DNA of 64,000 nt, from the NCBI RefSeq assembly GCF_002105155.1, contig NW_019029017.1, positions 62,001-126,000 on the forward strand, in the 5' to 3' direction. The notes beneath the pieces were generated by a model that ran no database searches, had not been told where the DNA came from, and saw only the letters and a list, made by a program, of their open reading frames with translations. This document shows, piece after piece, positions 52,442 to 64,000 of the stretch (position 1 is the first letter of the stretch; each line of letters opens with the position of its first letter). The translations under genes and the position numbers were made by a program. Source of the stretch: Lobosporangium transversale. Taxonomy: Eukaryota.

Positions 52442-53732
52442 ATTATTCGATTAGAATAATAAGAACAGATACTACACTTGATCTTAGCCAAAAAGCTAGA
52501 GCGGGTAAAGAACAAAAAAATTGCTGACTTGGGCGCTTAATTTATACTCTCAAGCGGGCTGAGACTGCTTTTGGATATCGATATTCCAAGTAAAGAGGGA
52601 ATCTCGAATGTGGGATTCTATATATGCCTTTGATTTAGGATCCAAATATGGATTTGACAGAAATTTTAGCAGTCAATCTGTTAATTCCATGTTAAGGTCG
52701 TGCCTGTGGGAAACTCGTCGGGTTAGAGGCGGGGGAGGATACACGAGCCATGTGAGCTTCTATTCACTACAGCGTAAGGCCTGCCAGGTCCTTCAAACTT
52801 CATCTAGGTAGAAATAAGCTTATAGTTGCGAATACGGTCCAGCCATGACTATTGGGCATAGAAGTACATCCTTTGTTGAGTCTGTTTAAGTCGAATTGCA
52901 GGACAGAAGTATAGTTTGTAAAAAGTCAGATTCGATTTTCCAATTTTGTTTTCAGCGTTCCAGGGACACATCTAACAATTCCTCTGTTTTACTGGTTTGA
53001 GAATCTCAACCTTGACCAAACATTCATGATAGTAAAATAAAATGAAAAACAAAAGCTGAAAAAACCTCATTGATACCAAAGCATAACATATCACCTATTA
53101 AGACATTCACATAGAACCTGAAGAAGATCGAACGGGTTGTGTCTTCCAACTTTTCAAGTAGTATAGGATGAGTTAATGGCATTAAAAGTATTATTATTTT
53201 GGTACATGAAAGATCTCTGTCAACCCCTTACGCGTTCTGCAAAGTTTCAGACATGGAAAAAGGATAATGTTCATTCCTTTACGCTCCTCCGAAGTCAACA
53301 ATGCTCTTTACCCTATTATGGCCATACCATATGCTTGCCAGTATATCTTTAATGGGAACCTTGCCACTGTATTAAGAGAGGTATGGATTAATAAATAAAT
53401 AAATAAATAAAACACCAAATACAAAACTTTGCATCTATTCTGTTTTCCTCTCCACTTTCTTTCTTTGAGAGGTAGCTGCGAATACCATTGCCAAGCGAGC
53501 TGATGCTGGTTTTATGAAGGTTCAATCTTTCAGAGACAAGTTATAAAAGTGAGAAGGTAAGGGAGGCCTCATTTCATCAAAGTAATGATTAGGAAAAAGG
53601 ACAAAAGACCTGTACTGTAAACAACACTTCGTTACAGTTTGGGCCTTTGCACAATTATTGATGTCTAATTTTTTTTTTTTTTTATTTCTTAATGTGTCAT
53701 GCATGGTTGTTGTTGGTTGTTAATTATTGTTA

Positions 53733-54322
53733 TTACAAGACATGTTCACCTCGGTGCTTCTTTTCACTCTTATGCATGACCTTCAGAAACTCCTCAAGGG
53801 TGATGCGGCCGTCACCAGAGACATCGCCTTCTGTGATGATCTCGTCTACATCAGCCTATGATAGGAACAAGTTAAAAAAGCAAAGTCAGCAGGTTCAGAG
53901 GGACGACATATTCGGTCATTATTGTCCAACCTCATCAACGCACAAACAATTCCTCCGATTCTGATTTGGCCATAGTTCGACCATGATTACTACCATATAC
54001 ATGTACATATTATAATTATTGTTTTTTCTCACCTCAGAAAGTACATTTGGTCCCAAAAAGGAGTCTAAAGCAGTTTTGAGCTCCTGAGTAGAGACATATC
54101 CTGAACCATCCTTGTTAATCGAATAGAATGCACGACGATAGGGTTCCTCAGGATCTTTGTCCTTATCCTGGTTGTAGCGATTCATGAGATCTGTAAACTC
54201 TTTGATTTCAAGGCTGTGTGTAGGGATTCGGATAGTTGCCTTTAGTGCTTCATCTCCTAGTGTCTGTTAAATAGAAGAAGACAAAAAAAAAGCAATTGAG
54301 AAGGTTGTTGAAGAAAACACGA

Positions 54323-54353
<31 letters not shown>

Positions 54354-54471
54354 TCAAGCTGTAGCTTGCATTCACAAAGTCCCAGAAGACACTAGGCTCA
54401 ATCTTGCCAGTGTTTTGAGGGTCGAACAGAGCGAAAGCTTCCTTGATTTCTTCAGGACGGATGTCAGACAT
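53733..54471 (-). CDS. Calmodulin/myosin-light-chain-like EF-hand protein; 3 exons
   Basis: EEIKEAFALFDPQNTGKI, RRAFYSINKDGSGYVSTQEL, DVDEIITEGDVSGDGRITLEEF. Confidence 0.88.
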
Positions 54472-55593
54472 GGTAGATAAAGAAAGAGAGAAAGAATATC
54501 TTTGTAAGGTAAGATAGTCAAAGAGTATTGGGATGATGTGTAAGAGTGTGCGATATAGAACAACTGAGGGTGCTTGAGAAAAGTGAAGGAGAGATATAAA
54601 AGACAAACAATCATTGGATTTGCTTCAAATAGCATCATCCATTCATCCTTTCATTCTTTCATGATTTTTAGATTGTTTAGAGATTTAGCCGTGAAGTGAT
54701 GAAAGATAGAATGCCCTGATCAAAGGCGGACAAATGGCATATACATGTTACATGTACATCGAAATAGTTTATCCATGAACACGCGAAGCTTGGATGCCAT
54801 CGTCTCACGACATAATCAATATGACAGTGGGTTTACATCACATCATGAGTAAGGGTCTCCTTTCTGATGCACGTTCGGATAATTTTATAATTTTCATTCA
54901 AAGTGTGCAACATCTCCAAGACCCTGTCCTCTGCACGTGTTGCAGTTATTCAAACAAAAAAAAAAAAAAAAGCTTGGTCCTCTCCCCTTGATACAGACAT
55001 TATTATACGTGGATGTATTAGATTCAGTCATCAATTGATCTGTGGCGAAAAGTTGTTTATTGCATTTATTGAGTTGTTAACATGCAAATCATAAAGTTTG
55101 ATCTATGCACAAGCTTACAAGTTATGGATAATAAAGGAGAATAGCTGTTTCGTCTTGCATTTGTAGTCAAGAGTCAAAAAAAAAAAAAAAAAAAAAGTTT
55201 GAAAACGGGGGAGAATAGGGGAGAATGGGTTATAATGAAATGGTGCCCTTTTTTACTTTTTACTTTTGCAGACAGTTACACTTGGATGGACAAAAGTCAA
55301 GACCGATCTAAATGTCTGAATGTGTAACAAATTCATTATGGATTTTTATTTTTAGAGTGATTTGCACTGCCAGGGCACACAGAAAAAAAAGCAGAAAGAG
55401 GTGTGAGAAGGAAAGAGCGTTTGTGTGCAATATACTTGTATCCTTTATCTTTCTTTTCTTTTTCCTTTTGTTCTTCACCTTCCTCTCCTCTTCTTTCCTG
55501 TGTGATGCTTCATCTCTCTTGAGTGCGACAAAGTGAGCGTACCCTGCTTTGCTTGCTTTTTTGCTCGGTTCATTCCCTTTCTCATTTCATTCT

Positions 55594-55657
55594 TCACTCC
55601 ACTTCACTCCACTCCACTCCACTTCACTCCACTCCACTCCACTCCGCTCCACTCCAT
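55594..55657. repeat. (CACTC)n pentanucleotide microsatellite in the YND1 upstream region
   Basis: About 12 imperfect CACTC/CACTT units. Confidence 0.85.
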
Positions 55658-55859
55658 CCTGGCCCACACACTCTCCCTCTTTCCCACTCCCACACTCTCT
55701 CTCCATTCACATTCTGGGATATTCTCACCTTGCCTCACACCTCTCAAAAATACTGCTCCTTACTTCATTTTGTAAATTAATACTGCATCCCTTTAATTCT
55801 ATACTGTTACAACTGTAGACTCATCTCTTCACACCATTATATAATCATTTTAATAACAA

Positions 55860-56096
55860 ATGAGCTCACTTCATTCAGAAAAGTGGTTGCAGAACAGGCA
55901 ATTTGGCATTGTCATCGATGCTGGCTCATCTGGTTCCAGGATTTACATTTACTCATGGATCAACCATCAACATCTAAAAGAAACATTACCTGCTCATGAG
56001 TTCTATGGTGTCTTACCTACGATCGAACCAGGGGTTGAATCCGGATCTCCATACGCTGCAGAATGGTCCAAAAAAACCGAACCAGGTACAGCTGTG

Positions 56097-56132
<36 letters not shown>

Positions 56133-59100
56133 AGAAAATAGGGCGAAGTGAATGGAAGAGAATATTGAGTACGATCAATCTTTATCTGATGCCTATTCCT
56201 TCCACTCAACAACCTTCTCCTCCTCTTACTCCCTTTTTTAAATATTTCTCCAGGCATTGCGGAATTCAAGGATCGGCCAGAAGATGTGGGGGAACACCTC
56301 GAGACACTCTTGGATCATGCACTTGAAGTGATTCCAGAATCCGAGATTGCGAATACACCCATTTATCTTCTTGCTACAGCTGGATTGCGACTTGTACAGG
56401 ATGATGTTCGGCAACAGATCCTTAATAACTCTTGTAGTTACATCAAGGAAAACTATGGCTTTCATATCGGTGAATGCAAGGATCATATCAAGAATATCTC
56501 TGGCGAGGAAGAGGGCATCTATGGATGGGTTGCAATCAATTATTTGATGGGCGGATTTGACAACGGCGGTGTCAAGATGATCGAACCTGTGGTCCCTGGA
56601 TCAGAACAACATGATAATATTGATATGGAAAACGAACAGGTACCTTCTGTAGATCTGCATGGATCAAATAATGGATCGGGCACGGACCAAAACAACTCGA
56701 CCCCTTATCGACATACACTTGGCTTCTTAGACATGGGGGGTGCCAGTACACAGATCGCATTCGAACCATCATCACAGGCATCAAAGGAGCATGCCAATGA
56801 TCTAACTACGGTTAAACTGAGGACATTGGATAGTCAGACCCTTGAATATCACGTTTTCGTTACAACTTTCCTGGGATATGGATCTAATCAAGCTAGGCGG
56901 CGTTATGTCAAAGACTATCTGCTTTCCACTAACAAGGATTGGCTCGAAACACAGAAGCCTGGAGTTCAAATCACAATTGAAGACCCTTGTTTACCCAAGA
57001 ACTTGCAGTTGAGCGAGACACATACCATGCCGCACGTACCCTTGATGGGATCAGGGTCGTTCACAGAGTGCCTGAAACGTGTAGAAGTCCTGCTTAATAA
57101 GGACAAGGAGTGTAGCGATATACCCTGTTTATTCAATGGAGTGCATACCCCGCCTATTGACTTTAATATCAACACTTTTATTGGTGTATCCGAATATTGG
57201 TATTCATCCCATGATATCCTTGGGCTCGGCGGCGCCTATGACTATGCAGAGTTTGAGCGTAAATCAGCTGAATTTTGCAATTCAGAATGGGATGATATCA
57301 AAGCAAGGCCCGAATACCAGAGCCAGTCCCAGGAACGACTCGAGATGCAGTGCTTCAAGTCAGCCTGGCTCTCGAATGTGCTGCACGGGGGATTTGGGTT
57401 GCCTAGGTTTGGTGAGAAGGGCGCGATCGGCTCCGAAGAGCAGTCAAACGAAGTCCTCGAGAAGGCAGAAGAATCGATTAAGAACAAGAACTGGAGACCA
57501 CCATTTCAGAGTATCAATGCCATCAGGGATATCCAGGTCACTTGGACTCTAGGAGCAATGGTTTTGATTTCGACTGGTTCGCTTGAGCCATACATGGGCA
57601 CAGAATCAGGTGGCGCCCATGAAGGAGGACAAAGACCAACACAACAGATTTTGCCACCACCTGATCATAAGGCACCACATGAAGAGTCATACCCAGAACG
57701 AATGTTGGACAATTACAATCACTTTATGCTTCTGGCAATCATCTTGTTCGCGCTAGCTGTTATCTGGGTCTATCGATCAAGATCTTCCAAATCCGTCAAG
57801 AGATGGCTCACGCCTGGTGCTGGAGGCAGCGGCTTACCTTTCTTTGGTAGATTCCGTAGAATGCGGGGCTCCTCAGGCGTGGATTACAGCACGCTGGAAT
57901 CAGGAACGGCGATGGGCTCAGGAACGCCCTACGGATACGGATTCAGTCCAAGAGCAAGTCTTAAAGTCATGTATCTCTCAATCATGCACCACACACGATC
58001 TTTTTGGTGGTCTGTGACCTCGCGCATCTGGCCTGAACCTAATGACTTCGATACAACGAATGGGCAGCCAGAACAGATGATGGAATCGATTACGATTGCA
58101 GGATACGATGGTAACTCTAACGCTTCGACTACCATTACCATGTCGAGTGTACCTAGTCATCATGGTGGAACACCGGCTGGCAGTTTTGGTTCGTCTGCGT
58201 TAAGTTCTATCCCAGAAGGCGGTTCGGGATCCTTTGAGCCTGGCTATCACCGATCTCATTCTACCCCATCGTCTGCTGGAGGTAGTGGCGGCGGGTCATC
58301 CCGGCCACCCAGGACCACACCAAGGTTTTTCAGAATCAACAAAAAGCGATTCTCGGGTGATTCACAATCACTGATTATACAAAAAGATGGACGTGGTAGC
58401 AGCCACGTGTCTCCGGATGGATGTGTAGTTAACACAGCCCTGCTCCAAAAGCAACCCAAAACTTCTGTGGAGCTGACAGCGCGTTCTGGATCTACAACAA
58501 ATCTGATGGGCATGTGGGGTAGCAATAGCAGTACTCTCAATACACCTAATTACTTTAATTCCAGCGCCAATAATAACAGTCCACAGCCTCACGGTATACC
58601 AATGGATCATCTGCAGTCACCCTCTGGGGCAGCACCAGTGATTACATCGATATCATCTGCAGGCTGGAAGCAAGGATGGGTTCCTGAAGAGGAGATGGAC
58701 GATCCCCCAGTACCATCTTTGCTAACGACATCCCGGAGCTATAACGGCGTCAGTCCCACATCTTCTGGTCATAGTCCTCTTCTAACGCCTCTGGGACGAT
58801 ATAAACAACAGCAAATGTTGAACCAAGATGGATCCTCATCTGCTCCTTCATCCTCTGTGAACTTGTCATCCATTTTGAATAATGGTCACAGTTCATCTTC
58901 TAATTCTGGGATGATGGTCTCTGCAGACGAACGCGAAGACTGGAGTGCAGATGGTGGTGGTGATGGCGATGATGAAGGTGACGGATACATCAATCATCGC
59001 CCGACTCATATCCACTCTAGAACAGGAATGCATAACGCCAGTTCCTATAATCAGTTTCAACAGCAGGTCCAGGAGTATTCACGGGGTCATATTCGGTCCG

Positions 59101-59573
59101 CCAGTGCAGCACCCTTTTCTAATGCCTCACGACCACTTCATGGATCCACACCAACGTCAATAGGGATGGCGCACTCTCAGTCAAGTCATGCTGTCCTCAC
59201 AGCCGGATCATCATCGCGCTACAACTATTACAAGCAGCGATCAACGGGTCTATTGTCAGGGACCAATTTCGAAACAGGTGGTGGAGCCATGACAACATTA
59301 GATGATGAGTCTGCAGGCGAGGGTGGCTACGTTAGTGGTGGATCTTCATCTGGTGCGTCTCACAACCGATCTAGATCCTTTCAAGCAGGTTTGAGGGTTA
59401 TAGGACCTAGGAGTGCAAGCCCTATGATGATGAACCAACACTTAAACTCAACAAGCACCAGCTCCATGGTTATGGGAAGACACAATGTCTCTGAACAGGA
59501 TCAACAATTAGTTTCAAGAGGAAGTAGTGAGAACACGAGACGAAGCAGTATGGGATCCATCTTGTCTCCGTAA
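55860..59573 (+). CDS. YND1: Golgi apyrase / NTPDase (GDA1/CD39 family, Ynd1-like); 2 exons
   Basis: Apyrase conserved regions DAGSSGSR, ATAGLR, GEEEGIYGW, DMGGASTQ, WTLG; single TM helix followed by a long tail. Confidence 0.93.
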
Positions 59574-59706
59574 ACATAAAGAGTTAAACTTTATTGTTAC
59601 TATACCCCCCCACCCCACAATCTCAAGAATAAAAAAATGAAAATAATCTAGAGTAACATGTGGTATAAAAAAGGTGTAAATGCCAACAAACTCTTGTGCT
59701 CCTTCT

Positions 59707-60609
59707 CTAGTTCTTGTTCTCTACCAGGGTACCCACATGCTGGTATTTGCCCTCGAAATGCATGGCCCAGTCACTGAGAGCTTCCTTCTCGTCATCTGTC
59801 AGGTCCTCCAGCTTGTCGATAGGCCCATCCACAGGCACCAGCATTTCGCTGTCAAACGAGTTCTTGGCCAATCCACGGGATGCATCTCTGCCAGCGAAGT
59901 TGCCATAGGGACCACCTAGCAATAACAAGGAAAGAGAAAGAATGTAAATATGTTTAGTTAGTGGTAGTAAGGGAATAGTTAATGAGAGCATGCTTGTTGC
60001 TAGTGAATGCTTTCACTCTCATCAAAACAAAAAGAATGAGTAAAAAAAAAAGATACAGAGCAATGGGAATAGAAAAGAAACACGCTGCATTTTTGGTGAT
60101 TGAATTTTTTTTTTCTTTTCTGCAGCTTCTAGAAAGGGAAGCTCTTAAAATTTTTCCGATAAGAATTTTTCTTGGCTACATTTTCATTTTTATCTCCAAG
60201 AAGCAAGCAATGCAGCGAATAGTTATTTTTTCTCATTTTGTTTGCTTTACTGCATCAGTTATCCAAGCTGACTCAATCTTCTCCTTCCACTTTCCAATCG
60301 AAAAAAAAGCTTCTTTTTATAATTAACAGTATTTTATTACAGTATTTTTTTTTTACCTGGGCCATAAAAGTTTCTGCCACGGGTCACGTCAAATATTTTG
60401 CCCTGAACAGCGATCAAGATCCTGGTGTCATCTGTTCGACCATCAAATTCGGTGAGTTCTTTGGGTGTATACTCCTTAAAGACTAAAGCAGGCAGTTTGG
60501 GACGAGGTGGGGGTAATTCTGGTGCTGCTGCGGCTGCAAAGAAATTGTACGAGATGTAACCCAACACAGCTGCCAAGATCCAGTTGACAGGATTTGTAAG
60601 AGCGGACAT
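59707..60609 (-). CDS. DAP1: Membrane-associated heme/steroid-binding cytochrome b5-like protein (Dap1/PGRMC); 2 exons
   Basis: N-terminal TM helix; YTPKELTEFDG..FDVTRGRNFYGP|GGPYGNFAGRDASRGLA..W..HFEGKY..VG. Confidence 0.93.
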
Positions 60610-61523
60610 GATGATTAAACTATTGTGTTTTAACTCCAGGAATGTGTTGCAAAAAAAGTGGAATGAGAATGAAAAGAACAAAGAGATACAGTTTTGTCTT
60701 TCTTTTAGTCGGGACAGGGGTGGCTGTGACCCACAGCAGGCTGAAAAGCGGGATAGATTCGTGCCATGATGCAAAAGCGAGGAAGCCCAACCAATTGGCG
60801 ACCTACACATCGAATAATGCTATCTGCCTCTATAGCCGCATGATAGATGGGATCCCTTTATTCCATTACAGTTCCTAGCCCACTTATTCACGTCCTGGAG
60901 TCTACTGTGACATTCCGGGCATATTCAGCCTATATCACAGAAATCTTGCCCAATCAACAGCGTGAGCAACAATAGACGAAGCGGATGTGGAGTCAGCTAC
61001 GCGTCTCTTCCTCCCAAGCGATCCGAAGATGAGAGCGAGAGGTGTCTGTGTGGCTTTACCTCGATATCGCATTTTTTCCGTGAAGCGAAAGCTTTAGGTC
61101 AGAATGTTAGTTAGAGAGTGCCATGTCTTGCTCCAATCTTCATACACCAAAAAGTCGGAGCCATAGGTCAACACACATTATTTTTGCAGATTAGGTGCAG
61201 CCGTGATTCTGCACCATGGATTGCTCGACATGGGGAGATACAAAAACAAACGACGTACGAAAAGAGGCCACGACTTTTCAAACAAAGGAGTTTATTTATT
61301 TTTATTATTTTTTTACCAATTTTCGCTCTCAAGAGGAAAATAAAAAGTCAGAAGTGGATATGGCACAGGAGGGGCTGAGGATAAGAAATACATGTACGAA
61401 AAGATTGATAACATTTGAAAGCTATACACAAGAAAGAACGAGTGAATAAATGGCACAAGTCTAACAACTGAAAGAAAATGAGATATGGAATGTTTGTCGT
61501 AAGATCACAAATTGTACAAGACC

Positions 61524-62579
61524 TCATACCAGATGAGGATCAGAAAGAGCAGAGTAGGGCTGGTCTTGATTGCTTTGCAGGTCCATATCAACTAGACGAG
61601 CCATCATGGATTCGTAGAGCCAATCGATCATATTAGGGTCCTCTTGTGCTGCCGATGGAAACTCTGATCGACTGCCTGAAATCTGCAGCTGACTCAGCTC
61701 ATAGAACAGTTGGATCTGTTCATCTGTCATATCATCCTCATCTTCAGCATGTGCTAAAGCCCAAAGACTCTGTTGCAAATCCCAGTCCAAGTCTTCATCT
61801 AAACTTGCTTCGTCAGTGACGACTTCTTCGACAACAGCCACATCTGGCTTCGAATTGGTGCTCATAAAGGTCATATTGGCAAATGTAGTCATCAGCTCGA
61901 ACACAACTCCTGACATCCAAAATGGATTGGTATTTGATGATGGCTGGACTTTATCGCTCCATTGCAGCCACGGTCGATCAACCATGTCATTGTCCTTGGA
62001 TTTAATTTTCTCACCAAGTTGGAACTCATCGCTTAAGCAGATCTCTGGTACCAAAGTGGTATGTACCATGATTGGATTTTTGTCCTTCCATGAGTTCTGA
62101 CTAGTGCTGCCCGAAGAAGAATTAGGCACATCCTTGTGGAGGTTGAGTGTAAGGATTGGTGATTGGGGTCGAGGCATAGACAAGGGCAGGCCACTCTTGG
62201 CACTGGGATTTAATGCTTGGGTGCTACGGTTTAGGATTGATGTCAATAATGATTGATTTTCCTTGGAAAGGGGCGCAGTAGGACTGGTAGTCGCTACTTG
62301 GTCGGGTGCAGGCGCAGCGGTGGCGGTAACTGTACTAATAGCAGCTGTATTATTAACAATATTCCTTTCTGCCAATTGGCGCTTGACCTCCTCGAGTTCA
62401 CCCTTAAGACGTATATTTTCTTCTTGAACAAGAGTAACCGCTTCACGCAGGTACCTTGCCTCCGTTTTATGTTGGAGCACTTGTCCCTCGAGAGTGAAGA
62501 TGTATTCTATTTGTATCATGGGAAAAATCATAAAAGTCAGCATGCATGAATGTTGTACAGTGTACTCCCTATTATAGCC

Positions 62580-62610
<31 letters not shown>

Positions 62611-64000
62611 AGGGGGAAGAGGATTGGCCATTTGGGATGCACGCACGCAAAGACCATCATATGATACAGGGCATGTTCGCACCTTCCCAAAGCTAGATCT
62701 GCTAAGAGTAAGACATAATGGAAGCTCTGACCCAGCGACAAAACCACCTTATATTGTCGAGAACTAAGGACTTACCCTTTCTTCTAACTCTGAAATTACG
62801 TGCAGAGATCTTATTGCGAAGCTGACGACGTTCTTTGGAAGTCATTTTCTTCAGATCTGTTGAAGAAGGAATATCATCGGTTTTTATTCCAGGCTGTGTC
62901 TTGAGACCATGAGTTTGCTCAGCAGAAGCTGTTGTTGTTGTTGTCATTGCTGCTTCATTAGCCTCACCACCTTCGACATTATCATCCGAGTCATCTTCTG
63001 AGGCAGGAGTCTCATCCTTGACTTTGGGAGACTCTTCAGCGGTCGCTATCAGATGCTTTGTGGACTCTAGCAAGCGGGCTAATGTCTCCTCAATCTCCTC
63101 TCTTGTGAGTTTTCCGGTGAATAACTGAGGGATGAGTGGCGTTTCTTCCTGCTGTTGTAGCAAGAACTGGAGTGTTGCTGGGGACAGGGTAGTGTTGACT
63201 GGAGATACGGGGGAATCGGGTGTAGACTCAGACGTAATGCTTGAAGCATTGGATGATGATGACGATTCAGTTGTATTTAATGTGTTAGGTGAAACAGCAG
63301 CTGTAGTAACACCGGCTATTGTTGAGTTTGAAGGAGAAATAGACGATTTTCGAGAGTTCGCGCTATTTGATTTTGACTTTGAGGTAGATTCAGTCTTGGC
63401 ATGTTTACGCAGTCCAGATGGGGGTTCAGGACTGGAACGTTTCGTTCCTATAGATGATGTAGCTTTCATCGGCGTGTTTACGGATGCAACATCTGTAAAA
63501 TAAAAGGTTAAAATATCGTTATTGGAGATTTGTTATTAGTACGATGACAACAGAAAAGAGATAGCTTTGACTACAGATATGATCGGCTATGCCCATAACC
63601 AGTGAATAGCGTGCATACTTTGAGTCAAGCCTGTTGCAGCCGACGATGACGGAACAGACAGGGAAATTATGTCGAGGGAGACGGTTGTAGCCTGGGGCTC
63701 GATCGTCAGCTGATCAGGCCGGACCATTGTCAATGCCTGATCACCAAAGGCAAGTGAAGGTTTTTGAGCCTCAGTGGGAATTTTGAGCGACTGTTGATCA
63801 AATGGAGAAGGGTCAAGAAGAATTTGTGTGTCTGTAGTGTCTTCTTGTTTGATAGCCAAGTCCATTGTCATGATAGAAGGCTCGGATTCATCGTCAGGAG
63901 ATGCAATGAGGGCTGCTGCGGCGGCCTCAAGGTCGGTGGCGCTAACATCGAGACCGGCAGCTGTGTCCAGATAGTAGGAGAACAAATCACCAGTCGTCTC
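61524..64000 (-). CDS. bZIP transcription factor (5' end outside the window)
   Basis: KKMTSKERRQLRNKISARNFRVRRK|EYIFTLEGQV basic region plus leucine zipper across an intron. Confidence 0.9.

Noticed and set aside
55594..55657. Repeat array considered as CRISPR- or telomere-like
   Set aside because: Simple pentanucleotide microsatellite with no spacers, internal to a promoter/UTR region
60960..61077. GC-richer stretch with a hairpin before T6 upstream of DAP1
   Set aside because: Only 4-5 bp stems, no clear TATA or A/B boxes; compatible with chance

Overview
Eukaryotic (fungal) genomic DNA: gene-dense, spliceosomal GT-AG introns, very long poly-A/T tracts. The F-box/LRR and Crinkler-type paralogs suggest an early-diverging fungus, probably Mortierellaceae (inference). 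About 19 protein-coding loci can be read: GGC1 carrier, a degenerate Crinkler/REase-like ORF, an equilibrative nucleoside transporter, SAM synthetase, Med18, TYR1, SAP18, SGD1/NOM1, a divergent RhoGAP-like protein, a large PAS-PAS hybrid histidine kinase, two F-box/LRR-type proteins, an uncharacterised YWWG-motif protein, ATP12, MZM1, FNIP/Lst4, a calmodulin-like protein, YND1 apyrase, DAP1/PGRMC and a partial bZIP factor. There is also one tRNA-Pro(CGG). The most interesting unexplained signal is a ~290-nt, highly base-paired element between SAP18 and SGD1, bounded by a TATA box at -28 and a T7 run. It looks like a Pol III-type ncRNA that I cannot assign to a known class. A second lead is a METTL16-like motif plus a hairpin at the intron-1 acceptor of SAM synthetase. 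All folds, exon boundaries and family calls were made by eye; no database search was run.
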